DNA of 63,965 nt, the filler included, from Octopus bimaculoides (taxonomy: Eukaryota): assembly GCF_001194135.2 (NCBI RefSeq). It is 7 parts of 6 records of this genome, joined end to end, with 100 filler letters (N's around TTAATTAATTAA, not from the genome) between each part and the next. Parts side by side here need not be neighbours in the genome. Positions count along the whole stretch, not along the records: positions 1 to 13,783 come from NC_068987.1; positions 13,884 to 40,799 come from NC_068982.1; 5 more parts are not named here. One strand, 5' to 3'. The translations under genes and the position numbers were made by a program. Of this stretch, positions 13,144 to 26,402 are shown one piece after another (position 1 is the first letter of the stretch; the number at the start of each line of letters is the position of its first letter). The notes under the pieces were generated by a model. It had not been told where the DNA came from and did not search any database. It saw nothing but the letters and a program-made list of their open reading frames with translations.

Positions 13144-13883
13144 TATTTNNNNNNNNNNNNNNNNNNNNNNNNNNNNNNNNNNNNNNNNNNNNNNNNNNNN
13201 NNNNNNNNNNNNNNNNNNNNNNNNNNNNNNNNNNNNNNNNNNNNNNNNNNNNNNNNNNNNNNNNNNNNNNNNNNNNNNNNNNNNNNNNNNNNNNNNNNNN
13301 NNNATATATATATATATATGCTTATATACATATACATGTATGTGTGAGTGTGTGTATGTATATATATATATATGCTACGTACAGACATACACATACATAC
13401 ATACATACATACATACATACATACATACATACATAAATACATACATACGTACGTACGTACGTAAGTATGTATGTATGTATGTATATTTATGTCACTATTT
13501 TCCAATATGTAAGTTAACAGTGACATTAGATGAGAGAAAATTATGCAGTAAAATTGCATTAGCATTATAGATGTTTAATGTAATTAAACCGTGTAATTAT
13601 CTTTCAACGAACGTCATTATTCAGATTCATTTTACGAAATCGTTATGAAATTTAGACAATTTAGTAAATTAATATTGTTTACCGTTGAAATACTAACAGT
13701 TTGAGCGAGGACCACGGAGAAATGCCATGATACACACGAATTAAATCTAAAGAACGCAGACATATACGTATATATATATATATNNNNNNNNNNNNNNNNN
13801 NNNNNNNNNNNNNNNNNNNNNNNNNNNTTAATTAATTAANNNNNNNNNNNNNNNNNNNNNNNNNNNNNNNNNNNNNNNNNNNN

Positions 13884-14215
13884 AACGGGCTGATTACTAC
13901 CTAGATCAGATTCCAGGAAACCCCAAAATGGCTGAAGTTCAAAAGATAGTGCTCATGGGAACTGCCCATATCCTACGTAAAATACTGTCTATGTGATCTC
14001 AAATTTTAAAGCAAACACATAATTTTCTTATGGTTTCTTAAACATTCACTTGAACAAAACTGTACAAATACAAATATATGGTACTCTAGGCATAACACCT
14101 ACATGAACTTCTAACTTGTTGTCTCTTGAGGTCTCTGGGTGAGACTTGGATCCAACTTGTACAAATGCAAAACAAAAGTCAAACATAAAATAATAATAAT
14201 AATAATAATAATAAT
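13884..14215 (+). mobile_element. 3' end of R4/Dong-like LINE (family beta) with (AAT)n tail
   Basis: Translates RADYYLDQIPGNPKMAEVQKIVLMGTAHILRKILSM*. The 3'UTR recurs at 44460-44590 and partly at about 45865-45930. Confidence 0.85.
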
Positions 14216-15075
14216 GAAAGTAGACGGTTGGAATCTCCCTATGCTCTGATTGATGATATACCTAGTGATGGTGTCACAATAAAAACACTGGTAATTGCAC
14301 AACCTGATAATCGCTACCTCATATGACTGACAATGAATAAACAAAATATTGTGAATGACGGTGGTAATGAAACTGAAGCCCTTGATGGTGACAGTGTTAC
14401 ACCCGGCAGGCTCAGAGATACTGGTCCGACTCCAGCCTGTCGTTATCCAACAAAGGACCAGCACACACGGTGTAGCTGAAACAAACAAATCAATGCTGTG
14501 GTCATGGAGTGTTACTACCTGAGCAAAACTGTAAACGAAAATGGTGTTCATTTTAGGGGGTACCGACAACGTATGTATGATCAAAGGAGAAAAAAGAGGA
14601 TTGTTTTAACTCATGGGACAGAGATTATGTGATCAAGCTAGAGCAATAAGAAAATATCGTTGATTCACAGAAGTAGAGCTCTAAACTATCAAAAGATGGG
14701 TAATGGAAAACAGCAGCCGAGGAAACGATGAAAATACAGTTCCTACTGATAAAAGTAATCTCATAGTAGAAAACAGAGGTGAAATCTCGAATAAACCACA
14801 GGAAAGGAACAGTGATAGCTTGCTCGATAACAGACATAAAAATGATTTAGAAGAAGACAATAAAACTGATAGTGACATGACAGATGGGCAAAAGACAATC
14901 TACAACAGAATAAAGGCAAGACTACAGGAGAACGATAGCGACATTGTTTGCCACCTTAAAAAGGTTGATCGGTGGAAATTGAACCAAGAAATGAAAAATG
15001 TGAATGAAAATTTGAAATACATCAGAACGAAAAACATCACAGAAACAAATAATTTGATCAAGGTAGCAAGCGATA
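14216..15075 (+). mobile_element. 5' part of R4/Dong-like LINE ORF (decayed), cut off by a SINE
   Basis: INAVVMECYYLSKTVNENGVHFRGYRQRMYD...QRLCDQARAIRK and KYIRTKNITETNNLIKVAS match R4-clade N-terminal motifs as I recall them. Stops and frameshifts are present. Confidence 0.7.
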
Positions 15076-15450
15076 TTTCGTCCGTCGTTACATTCTGTGT
15101 TCAAATTCTGCCGAAGTCAACTTTACCTTTCATCCCTTCGGAGTCGATAAAATAAATACCAAGCAAGCACTGGGGTCGATTATATCGACTTACCTCTTCT
15201 AAAGAAAAATTACTGGTCTTGTGTCAAAATTTGAATCTATTATTTTTTATGTTAGTTAAAGCAGTGAGCTGGCAGAATCGTTAGCACGCCGGACAAAATG
15301 CTTAGCGCCTTTCGTCCGTTGCCGACTTTGCTTTACATCCTTTCGCAGTCAATAAAAAAACTCCCAGTTGAACACTGGGGTCGATGTAATCGACCAGCCT
15401 CTTGTTCCAAATTTCATGCCTTGTGCCTATCAGTAGAAAGGATCATTTCT
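15076..15450 (+). mobile_element. Two tandem SINE family 1 copies (partial)
   Basis: Repeated family 1 core at about 15076-15240 and 15283-15450. Confidence 0.8.
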
Positions 15451-16316
15451 TATAGGTAGCTAACGTTCGGATTATCTACTGAAAACTTTAGCATGTCGTC
15501 TATGCCAAGAACTGAAATCTATATCCTCGTTTTTCCAACAGACATTCAAGGAAAGCCTAAGGCTGTCTCAAGTTTTGCTCGTTCTAAATAGTTGAACGAA
15601 TAAGCCTTTACGCAGTATAAGTCATATCATTTGTATATTACACTGTCAAAACGTTACCTAAGTTGAGTCTCCCTTGTTTTATACTTTCGTTCACTAAAAG
15701 CAACGCATTCACATCATTGATAGTGATAATTCATGTAGATTCATTGTGCGACAATAGTCATAACGAGACTCTTAAATCTGCATTCAGACTTCGTCAGACT
15801 CCATTGTCCTTTATATTGCTACATTTGCTTGACGTTTAGTTAGACACCATAAATTACAAAGCTTTATATTTCAGAATTGCCCAAAATTCCTGACAACGAA
15901 TTTTCTCTCCGATTTCGTTTTGTCAGTTCTTGTTCTTATTCTTATTACTAACGAATATACTCACAGATAACATTAGATGGTTCTTGAATATTCTTAAATA
16001 TTAAGCATCAGTTATTGATCAAATGTTATTTTGCATTTGGTTAAATTACAAGGCATGGGTAGTTTCCTTAATGAGATAAAAAGAAGTCACTTGTAGCTAT
16101 CAAGTTATAATGTATGACTGATCAATAAAGAACAAAAATCAAGTAGTATTTTCTTTCAATATATCTTTTCCGATTTTATATTGCTCTTCATTCGTCGGAA
16201 TGTGTCCGAAGGTTGAGTAACAAAAACACAATAACTTTTGACATTCGAATAAAGTATGGCTTCTAAGAGACAGTCTTTGAATAGAATAATATATGTACTC
16301 CAATGTACATACACGC

Positions 16317-16365
<49 letters not shown>

Positions 16366-16561
16366 TACACACACATACACACATGCATATGTATATAATG
16401 TAGATAGTTAGGGTAAATACCAGCTGTTTCCTCTTGAAATACATCTACTTATTCCATTATTACAATCCGATATGTAGTCTGTAGTCTCAGTTGCTGCTGT
16501 GTTTTAGTGCAAAATATATATTAAAGTTGGAAATTATGGAAATATTATTTGCAGAGTTATT

Positions 16562-16812
16562 GTATAACAGAACAAGAAGTTGGAAAAATCTCTTAGCATT
16601 ATTTATTCACCATTACACATGTTTCATTTGCCAACAGGAATTACAAAGTTTCACATGTATTATTTAATTTCTCTGTCTGAAGAATTTCTAACAGGAAATT
16701 CCTTACAAGTCTATTTAACATGTAAATTTCTGTAATTCCTATTAGCAAATAAAACATGTGTAATGATGAATAAATAATACCAAATATTTTCCAACTTCCT
16801 GTTTTGTTATAC
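16562..16812. mobile_element. Fold-back MITE, about 250 bp with about 100-bp arms
   Basis: Left arm GTATAACAGAACAAGAAGTTGGAAAAAT... pairs with right arm ...ATTTTCCAACTTCCTGTTTTGTTATAC, and pairing continues inward. Confidence 0.8.
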
Positions 16813-16899
16813 TTGAGAAGTGAAGCGTACTGAAGTGAGTTCCCTGTTCCGCTCGGCAGATAAACAAGAAACCTGATAGTGAGTGTGTTGAAGAGTTTT

Positions 16900-17300
16900 G
16901 TTAACGGATTCTACCACTGAACTAGTGAAATTTCTTATTTTAACCTTTTCTCACCAATGCCCGTATCCATATGTGTTGATTCTTTATTGTCCAAGCATTC
17001 TTCCAACCAGTTATTTATTTGCTTACCTTCCTAAATTCTTTCTCAGCATTTTTACAGTCGATCTCGATATCTGTCAAATAAATTATTCACTCTTAATTTA
17101 TCATAGCTTTGCGGAAAAAAGTGTTCTTCCATTTCGCTTCTTTCTTCATCTCTTTCTTTCAGCCTTTCACCCTCCAGTCCACTCCGCTTTTTCCTTAAAT
17201 ATTCCAGTCTTTTACAGAAAACTGTTTACATCTTTCTTCTGAATATCTTTACTCTAATATGAGTTTACTCCGAAATTTCTGTTCATTGGTTAATTTCTTT
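16900..17300 (-). mobile_element. Possible decayed Gypsy-type gag fragment
   Basis: Across frameshifts: RYSEERCKQF...KEKAEW...EMEEHFFPQSYD...STVKNAEKEFRK, which resembles the Retrotrans_gag pattern. By-eye match only. Confidence 0.35.
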
Positions 17301-17567
17301 TCACTCCCTTTGTTTTATTTTATAACAATTTCATGAACCATTGTCCCCACAACAAACAGTACAACTTTCACAATCACTACAAACACATAAGCAATTTTGG
17401 CACAAATTACCACCATCACATCACTTAGGCAATCAACGTTTAACTCACTAAACCCATTTATATACCCATTTGTATACCCATTTGTATACCCATTTGTTTA
17501 ATACATTTGATAAAACATTTGATAAACCCTTTTCCTACTTTTCCTCCGAACACTACAGTAAACTATT

Positions 17568-17621
<54 letters not shown>

Positions 17622-17713
17622 CACGCACAGTTATGCATTTATATATATATCATACACATAATTATAATACATACATATATGCATACACATGCACGTATAA
17701 TATATATTACATT

Positions 17714-17791
<78 letters not shown>

Positions 17792-18574
17792 CACATACAT
17801 AGTTATCTATATATTTATGTATGTGCACACATATCTACAGGTATACACACACTCACAACGTACACCCACACACTCACGCATTCATATACGTCTGTGTGTG
17901 TGTGTTACTTATTTCTTTTTTCTATTATTTTCTTTAAAAACTCGATATTTGGGATCGGCAAGAGTCGAAGAGTGTGTATTCCTGCATGACGTCCCTACAT
18001 AAATATATATGTGTATACCTGCATAATTATGAATGCATGAGTTTGTATGATATATGCCTCGATTCCTCTTTAAATTGCTGCATTCAACACTGAAAAAAGT
18101 ATATTTGAATAATTCATATTTACAGATGAAAATATCAATGAAAATATAGCAAAAAAAATGCTTTAAAAATTGAAAAAAAATATTCAAGAATTATTTTTAA
18201 AAACATCAAAACAGCAAATATTAATTGAGCGGTTTGAACTGATATAAGCCAGAAAACAATCAAAAATTGCAGTTTGATTATATGTTTGCTTTTTAGCTTT
18301 CGTTCACTTCTTTACATACTCAATCAGTTGGTATATGTTCTACTTTTGTTTGAATTCCCTTTTCTCTGTCTGTTTGGGTGTCCCTTTGGTTTTTTTCTTC
18401 TTTTTTTTTNNNNNNNNNNNNNNNNNNNNNNNNNNNNNNNNNNNNNNNNNNNNNNNNNNNNNNNNNNNNNNNNNNNNNNNNNNNNNNNNNNNNNNNNNNN
18501 NNNNNNNNNNNNNNNNNNNNNNNNNNNNNNNNNNNNNNNNNNNNNNNNNNNNNNNNNNNNNNNNNNNNNNNNNN

Positions 18575-18614
<40 letters not shown>

Positions 18615-18615
<1 letters not shown>

Positions 18616-18920
18616 TTGAAGGCTCGTAACTTAGTGGTTAACGTCGTGAGTTCGATAACCCAGCTGCGCGCTGTGTTCTTCAACAAGACATTTTATTTCA
18701 CATTGTCCTAGACCACACAGCTGGCGAAAATGAGCAGGTATCTGTATTTCAAAGAGCCAGCCTTATCACATTCTGTGCCACGTTGAATCTCCCTGAGAAC
18801 TACGTTAAGGGTATGCATGTCCGTGGAGTGCTCAGCCAGTTGCGCGTTGATTTCACGAGCAGGCTGTTCCGTTGATCGGACCAACTGGAAACCTCGTCCT
18901 CGTAGCCGACGGAGAGTCAG
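18615..18920 (+). mobile_element. tRNA-derived SINE, family 3
   Basis: A-box/B-box-like head (TAGTGGTT...GAGTTCGAT) and central TTTATTTCAC...CAGCTGG domain shared with 37624. Confidence 0.75.
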
Positions 18921-19689
18921 TTAGTTAGTTAGTTAGTTAGTTAGTAGCAGCAGCAGCAGCAGCAGCAACGGTGGCAGCATTGGTGGTGGAATGGTGCTGT
19001 TAGTGGGGTAGTGTTGGTGGTGGTGGTGGTGGTGGTAGTGGTGGTGGTGGTAGTGGTGGTGGTGGTGATGGTGGTAAAATTTTAAATTTCGCTTATATAA
19101 GTGTTATTCAATATTAAATTGATCAGTGCCTGCTGCGATCGATTATTATTTGTTTCCTGTTCGATAATGCTGATGGTGTTATTCGGCTCACAATATGTAA
19201 GACCATTAACTTAAAATCATCGACTTTTATGTTATTCCAACAAAACCAATTCATGTTACTATTCAACTAAGTTATTTTCTTGTTAATTTGAAAGAAATAT
19301 TGTATTAGGTGAAAATTTCATAATCGCCTACCAATCCATAACAAAAATATTAGATTCTTTCGACAAGACTAAAAATATTTTCATAGAGCCAGGGCATACA
19401 CTCGCTTCTCGCTTAGAATATTACCGATATTTGATGAGAGCTGAGTTCTTTCTACGGGATCCTACGATCTGATCGGCTATAAATAACAGTCAAATCTTTA
19501 ATTACTTTCGACCGTCTTCAAAAAATATGACACATTGGCTGATGTAGTTTTGCGTGCATTGTGCCTGGAAAATGACTCACGCACAGAGTTGCCACCACAC
19601 GCACACACTCTACCACGCACACACGCTACCACGCACACACGCTACCACGCACACACGCTACCAAAATGTAACTACACGTGGAGTGATGG

Positions 19690-19900
19690 CGATTTTTTCC
19701 TCCTTCTTCCTTTTCTTTTGGACTTTCCTATGTCTTGTTTCCGAAAAAGAGCTTTGCTCGAAACGTAAAGACAATCACTCTTTCTTTCCTTCTCTGGGCG
19801 TCTTATTAATACTTTGCATGAACTACGTCCTCACGTTGTTGTTTCTTTTTTTTGTTTTTTTTCTCCGGTTTTTTTATTCATTTTTTTATTTATTAATTAT
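19690..19900 (+). mobile_element. Short Penelope-like element with degenerate minimal hammerhead motif
   Basis: GTCTT..CCGAAAA-A-GAGC TTT GCTC-GAAA-CG-TA-AAGAC at 19732-19772. Homologous to 47090-47290 (-) and 51600-51790 (-). Confidence 0.5.
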
Positions 19901-20900
19901 ATATATATATATATATATATNNNNNNNNNNNNNNNNNNNNNNNNNNNNNNNNNNNNNNNNNNNNNNTATATATAAACTTTCTTATTTCTGTCAATTTAAT
20001 CCAAATCATTTGTCACTACTACTACTACTACTACAACTACTACTACTACAACTACTACTACTACTACTACTAATACTAATACTACTACAGCTACCGCTGC
20101 TGCAGATGCTTCTGTTGCAGCTGCTGCTGCCGTCGCCACAACCACTTCCACCGCCACAGCTGCCACTGCCACCGCTGCTACTGCCGATGCACTTCAGTAC
20201 TATTATTGTAATGATTTCTGTTCTGTTGGAAAGCTGATACTGATAATGATAAAGTAAACTATGGCTACACCAACACCATCATGCCTGACTTGTATTGCAA
20301 GTGAGTTCCATTCAGGCACATTCAGGCACCATGTTGACTAGCTTTGTCCGGCACAGATCGATTCCATGTCGTACTAGTATGTAAGGTCGTCGTGTCTTGG
20401 CTTGTTTTCTCAGTGGATTCTCAATTCCTATTTTAATAACATTTTTCTTTGACCATCTTTATTCACTCAAAAGCACACATACGCGCATAGAAAGCAACGA
20501 GATACCGCATATAAACACACATAGAAAACAGAGAGAGGCAGAGAGACACAAGAGAATGGAGAGAGAGAGACACTGGAGAACAAACAGAGAGAGCGACAAA
20601 TGAATTGTACTTTTATACACATAGCATAGAGATATATATATTGTAGCACGATTATTTATATGTGCATTAATGTATGTATATATGTACGTATGCAAATGTG
20701 TATACACATTTAGACATAGTATTTTGTATTGTCTATCTTCTTTTAATAACAAGTCGTCCATTTCCTTTTTCATCCAAGTCAATGACAAACCTATTGATCT
20801 ATCTAAGTATATATCAATTGTCTTTCCAAATATATATGTGTGAGTGCACGTGCGCGCGCGTGTGTGTGATGCATGCATGTATGTGTATATCTCTCGTATG

Positions 20901-20969
<69 letters not shown>

Positions 20970-20971
<2 letters not shown>

Positions 20972-23520
20972 TTTTAATCTGCATGTTTGTTACAGTCACT
21001 GGCCGAGACACAGCCAGTGTCCTGGGGCGGGTGAAGAATAAGAGCTGTTATAGTATGACTGAAAGCTTGGGAAGGGGAAGTAGCGAAATATCTTCATGTA
21101 ATACAACACAGACATTTAAATGGATAGGGTTTTTGTAGGGACGAGGCAGTACTTGTCAGTTCAATCTTTTGGATTTATCTGAGACGTGGTTCTCCTAGGA
21201 TCTTATCTAGATGTTTCTGACAGCCCTTTTTATCATACCTAGGGCACCTACAATAACAGGAACGGTTAACGTTTTAAGATGCCACGTCTTTTTATTTCAA
21301 TTTCCAGGTCCTTATATTTACTTAATTTGTCAAATTCCTTGACAAATATATTTTTATCAGTGGGAACACTTACATCTGTTAGTCTACATATATTTTCTTC
21401 CTTGTCTTTAATAATTATGTCTGGTCGATTAGCCTAGATCAGTGTTGACTGGATAATCCCAAAGGATAGTCACATTTTTACCTGCAACGACTGGCTCAAG
21501 ATGATGTTCATACCAATAAGCAGGAGTGCTGATTTTGTAGTGTTTACATAATTTATAGTGTAAATGTTGTACTACCCTATCGTGGTGATTTTTGTATTCG
21601 TTTGGTGTTAACACAGGGCATCCCGAGACGATATGGTCTATTGTTTCGTCAAAGGTGTCGCAGAAACTGCATTTAGAGTCAGAACCGTTTTGAAGAACGT
21701 TAGCCTGGTAGTTTTTTGTGAGCATACTTTGATCTTGTGCCAGCAATATGAAACTTTCAGTCTCTGCTTTCAGTCCTGAGCTTCTCAACCACTGATGGTT
21801 TGTTGCTTGATCTACATCAGCATTTCGACTTCGAAGTATATACTGTCCTTGCAGAGGCTTCTGGCTCTACCGCTCCTCAATTTGTTTCTGCCCGTTCTTT
21901 TTTGCGGTCTGCTTGATTCATTTTACTTGTTTTGTGGCAGTAGTTTCAGGTTCTTCAAATATTTCAGGATTAATGCCAAGTTCCCTTGCGAATTTGTAAG
22001 CTTCCTTGACAATTGTATGTGATTTTTTGCTGCTTTTGTGTTATCACACAAGTCGCAGCGTCGATTCCTCTGTACAGGAAGGGCTTATAGCACAGCTCTA
22101 ACTGCATCATTCCTCTTCTCCCCATTACTTCTAGGTAGGTACAGATGATCAACATCTGCTTTTGGGTGGTGCATGTTCTTAGAAGTTAGTAGTTGTTGTT
22201 TTTTTTGTCTTCCTGTCCAGGCTTTGGAGCCATGTAAGATTCCAGTTAATGATGTTAAAACTATATTGGACTACTGGAAGTGCGACGGTGTTAATGGCTT
22301 TGATGCGATTTTTAGTGTTGAGTTCAGTTTTTAGTATGAGTCTTATTCTCCTGTAATATTCCTTTCTTATTTTTTCCTTCATGGTAACATGTTGTATACC
22401 ATCTTCATTTATCCTCAGGTATTTGTACTTTTCATGTGGGTCAAGATCCTTGATGGTAATGTCGGTATCTAATTTAATGGAAGCTGTTTACCTGAGCTTG
22501 TCTCTTACAAAAGTTACTTTAGCACACTTATCAAGGCCAAAGTCCATCCTGATGTCATTACTGAATTCTTTAACAGTTGTTAGCAGCCCTGCTAGCTCTT
22601 CGTCATTTCTGGCAAACAGCTTCAGATCATCCATATAAAACAGATGATTTATTGTCGTATTGTAAACTTTGAACCCATACCTGGTATTATTTAGTTCGTT
22701 TGAGAGTGGGATCAGTGCCATGCAAAAGAATAATAGGGAGAAGGAGTCACCTTGAAAGATGCCTCGTTTGATGTTGATGTTGTTATTTTGGCTCATTCCA
22801 TTACTATTGCTAGGGTTAGGGTTTAGAAGGAGACGTGTGTTCACTTGGCCATGCTACCTTGTAAGAATTTGGAGATAACAGGAGAGATCTTATATATCTC
22901 AAGAGCCTTGAGTATCCAATCATGTGGGACACTATCAAACGCTTTCCTGTAGTCTATCCATGCCATACTCAGGTTCTTCGTTTTGCTCCGGCAATTCTCT
23001 ACAATTATTTTATTACTGAGTAATTGATCTATGCACCCGTAAGAATTCCTTTTACAGCCTTTTTGTGCTTGTGGAAGGATAGATCTCTGTTCAAGGAAAG
23101 CGTATATTCTGTCGGTTAATATGGATGTGAGAATCTTGTAGGTGATGTTGAGACATGTTATTGCTCGTAGTTTGTGTCTTCAGTTTTTGGTAGAAGGTAT
23201 GTTGTTCCTTCGGTCAGCTAGGCAGGAATCTGATCTGGGTTCTGGATGACATCAGTCAGAGATGCAGCGAAATTTTGGTGTAGTTTTATTAGACAATTTA
23301 GCCAGAAGTTAGAAATTCGATCCAGTACTGGGGTTTTCCATTTGTGAGACTTCCTAAGAACACATCTTAGTTCTTCCGTTCCTATTGCCTCCCATTTCTG
23401 CTCTTCAACTTGATCCAGTCTCACTTTCTTACGCTCTATCCAGTCTGCTATATCATTATATTCCTTTTTGTTGCTCCATATTTTCTTCCAGAACTCTTTC
23501 ATTTCCTCAGTCTTGAGTGG
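20970..23520 (-). mobile_element. 5'-truncated R4/Dong-like LINE (family gamma): RT, CCHC zinc knuckle, RLE and 3'UTR, decayed
   Basis: WIDYRKAFDSVPH, RGIFQGDS, NHLFYMDDLKLFA, CSFCDTFDETIDHIVSGC, RPDIIIKD...DVSVP, VIVGALGMIKKG. Multiple stops and frameshifts; ends in (AT)n. Confidence 0.92.
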
Positions 23521-23529
23521 CTCCTTTTT

Positions 23530-25400
23530 GTTATTATTATTATCATTCAGTAGTCTTATTTTTATCACGTGCTTTCCCCGCACTACCGAGCGCAGCTCTG
23601 TGTGCTTCGGATATGTGCTGTGGTTTGTTGTGATGCTCTTATTGTCACTGTATTGAAAGTGTTTTACGTAGGATGGGTGCGGTGCCTAGTAGTGCAATTT
23701 TCTGTACGTTATATATATATTTGTTAGTCCTGGTGTTTTTGTTATGCATTTGTCTGAATATTTTTTATGATACGTAATGCGCCTACTATGATAAGAATTG
23801 CTTCTGTTTTTAGACTCCACCTTCTATACGTTATATATATAACCTTTCAATATCAGATTTTGGGTGATGCATCCTAAATCCTGTCATTATTTTTTCTTGA
23901 TCTCCTGTCTATTTTGATTAGTTCATTTATGATCCAGTTAAGGATTTTGTAGCTGTAACTTATAACTGGGACGGCTAGAGTGTTGATGATTATTATCTTG
24001 TTTTTTGTATTGAGCTCTGTTTTCAGTATTAATCAAACTCGTCTATTGTATTCTTTTTTATTTTCTCTTTCTTTTGTGTATGTTGTATCGTATCTATTTC
24101 ATTGATTCCTAAGAATTTGTATGCCTGGCTTTGATCTAATTCTCTTATTTCATTTGCTTTATCTAGTGTAATGTTGCTATTCTTAACTAGTTTTCCTCTT
24201 TTCAAGGTTGCTCTAGCACATTTTTCTAAATCAAATTTCAAGTTTTTTCTTTGGTAAATCCATGCACTGTCTGTAGTAATGTTTTCAGCTGTTTATCATT
24301 TGTAGCGTACAGTCTTAGATCATTCATATATAAAAGGTGGCTGATTGTTTTGCCGTGACAGTTGTATCTACATCTAGTTCTGTTTAACATGTCAGATAAA
24401 GGTGTCAGTGCCAAGCAGAAAAGGAGTGGAGAGAGCGTGTCTTCCTGGAATATTCCTCTTCTAATGGGGATGGCTTTGGTTTTTATGAGTCCTTTTATCT
24501 GGAGCTGTAGCAATGTCTGCTATTTATTCATGGAATGTGTTATACATTTTATGATAATTGGTGCTACTATGTTCATAGCTAGTGTTTCTAGGATCCATGT
24601 GTGGGGAATACTATCAAAAGCCTTTCGGTAATCGATCCAGGTCATACTTAGATCCTTCTTCTTTCTGCGGCTGTCTTCAGTTATGGCTTTATTGATCATT
24701 AGTTGATCTTTATAGCCGTATGAGCCCTTGCAGCATCCTTTCTAATCTTCTGGAAACAGGTTGTTTTCTTCCAGATGCTTGCTCATTCTCTGCAATATTA
24801 TTGCAGTAAAGGCTTTGTAAATTTAGGGAGACAAGTTATTGGTCTGTAATTTTGTGGGTTTGCCATTTCAGTGGATTTGGGAATTGGGATAGTTTTCCCT
24901 TCCGTGAGCCATTCAGGCAATGTCTCTGACTTTGCTAGTATGTCATTAAATTTCTTAGCCAGTTTTTTATGTGTTCCTGTCAGATATTTTAACCAGAAGT
25001 TGGGGATCTTATCGTGCCAGCGTGCCTTCCAGTTGCTTAGTTTTTGCAGTGCTTGGGTGACCTCTTCAGTTGTAATAGGGGTCCAGAGTTTTTTAGGTAC
25101 TGAGTTCGTTGTTTTGATAGACCTTTTCTGAGGTTGTTCCTTCGCAGCCATATTTCCTTCCTAAACTCTTCCACTTTTTCTGCTGTTGGTGCTGCATTGA
25201 TGTTTATTTTATTTTTGCCAAGTTCTTGGTAGAATCTTTAGGAGTTGGAGTTAAACTGTTTTTTTTTATGTTCAAAGAAACGTTGGTGTTTCTCAAACCG
25301 ACGGATTCTTTGTGCCTTGGCAAGGATGTCTTGCTTTAGCTGTTCTTTTACCTCAGGTATACCTTTTTCTGTAATTTTGTATTTACGTAGTATTTTTGTA

Positions 25401-25402
<2 letters not shown>
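23530..25402 (-). mobile_element. 5'-truncated, internally deleted R4/Dong-like LINE with family alpha 3' end
   Basis: NYRPITCLP, WIDYRKAFDSIPH, RGIFQEDTLSPLLFCL, SHLLYMND, MHHPKSDIERLY, then a direct jump to WSLKT...QKIALLGTA and the 3'UTR with (AAT)n. Confidence 0.9.
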
Positions 25403-25461
<59 letters not shown>

Positions 25462-25639
25462 AAGAAGAGTGACATTGTTATCTAGTGAACGATATTTCGA
25501 CATCTTGTGTGTCTTCAACTGGTTCAAAAAATAAATCTGCCAATCTACTTCATTTTGGTTAATATAGAAAGGATTGAGGTAACTCCTCCTGAAGATATCA
25601 AGTCAAAATTAAAAGAAGAGCGCCATTGTTATCTAGTGC

Positions 25640-25915
25640 CGACAATGTACGAGTGCTTGTGATTGTCTTTTGTTCAATCATTTCAAGCATGACCTCATCT
25701 TCCACAACGGGGGAAGGAGTCTCCCTGACTTTGCCTTGTCTTCAAGGCTGGTGTTATGTTCTTTGAAATGTCTGAACCAGTTCGGTGCCACCCGTTCGTT
25801 GACAGTTCCTGGGCTTTCTGCATTATTAATTCCTTCTGCTTCCCTTGCACTTGATCCTTTTCCTACAGGCAGTATAAAATGATTCTAATTATAATTTTTT
25901 CACCATTCATTATCA
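25640..25915 (-). mobile_element. mariner transposase N-terminal (HTH) fragment, decayed
   Basis: MNGEKIIIRIILY.../KGSSAREAEGINNAESPGTVNERVAPNWFRHFKEHNTSLEDKAKSGR matches the mariner WFxxF...SLEDxxRSGRP motif. Confidence 0.75.
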
Positions 25916-26199
25916 AATCTGAAAAACAAAGAATAAGCAATTAACGCTTGTATGTTATATATGAAAATAAAGAATAAAAATTCAGCAGCGATTAAACAAC
26001 AAGCTGCATCAAATTAATGATATTACATGAAGATAAACCTTGACAGAAGTTATCAGCAAAAATCCGAAAAAACATTTGACTCAATCTGACAAATGAGTAA
26101 ATGTGCATATGTGTGTGTATGCACATGTGTGTATATGTTGTATTAAAGGCACGAATATCTTCTGCCTTTAATTTTATTATAGGTCTGTCATGAGACTAG

Positions 26200-26402
26200 G
26201 CCAGAATTTAACTTGGTTTCCATGACGAATAAATGATTGAAATTGCAATACTCTCACCTGAATGGGACACCGATCCGTCGCAGAATTAATTTTCCACTTA
26301 TTACTGGAATTTATTTACTCATAAGTGAACTATGGCTGTCCTGAAATGAAAACCACAACCTTACAATCGTTAGTGCAACACCCTAATAACTAGGACACGC
26401 GT
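26200..26402 (-). mobile_element. Diverged family 3-like SINE
   Basis: Reverse complement head CGCGTGTCCTAGTTATTAGGGTGTTGCACTAACGATTGTAAGGTTGTGGTTT. Confidence 0.5.

Noticed and set aside
16660-16710. CTGAAGA followed by a hairpin in the MITE loop as a hammerhead
   Set aside because: No GAAA-stem III-NUH after stem II.
22810-22825. AACCCTAACCCTA in LINE B as a telomeric repeat
   Set aside because: Two units only, in frame within the RT coding region (LNPNP).
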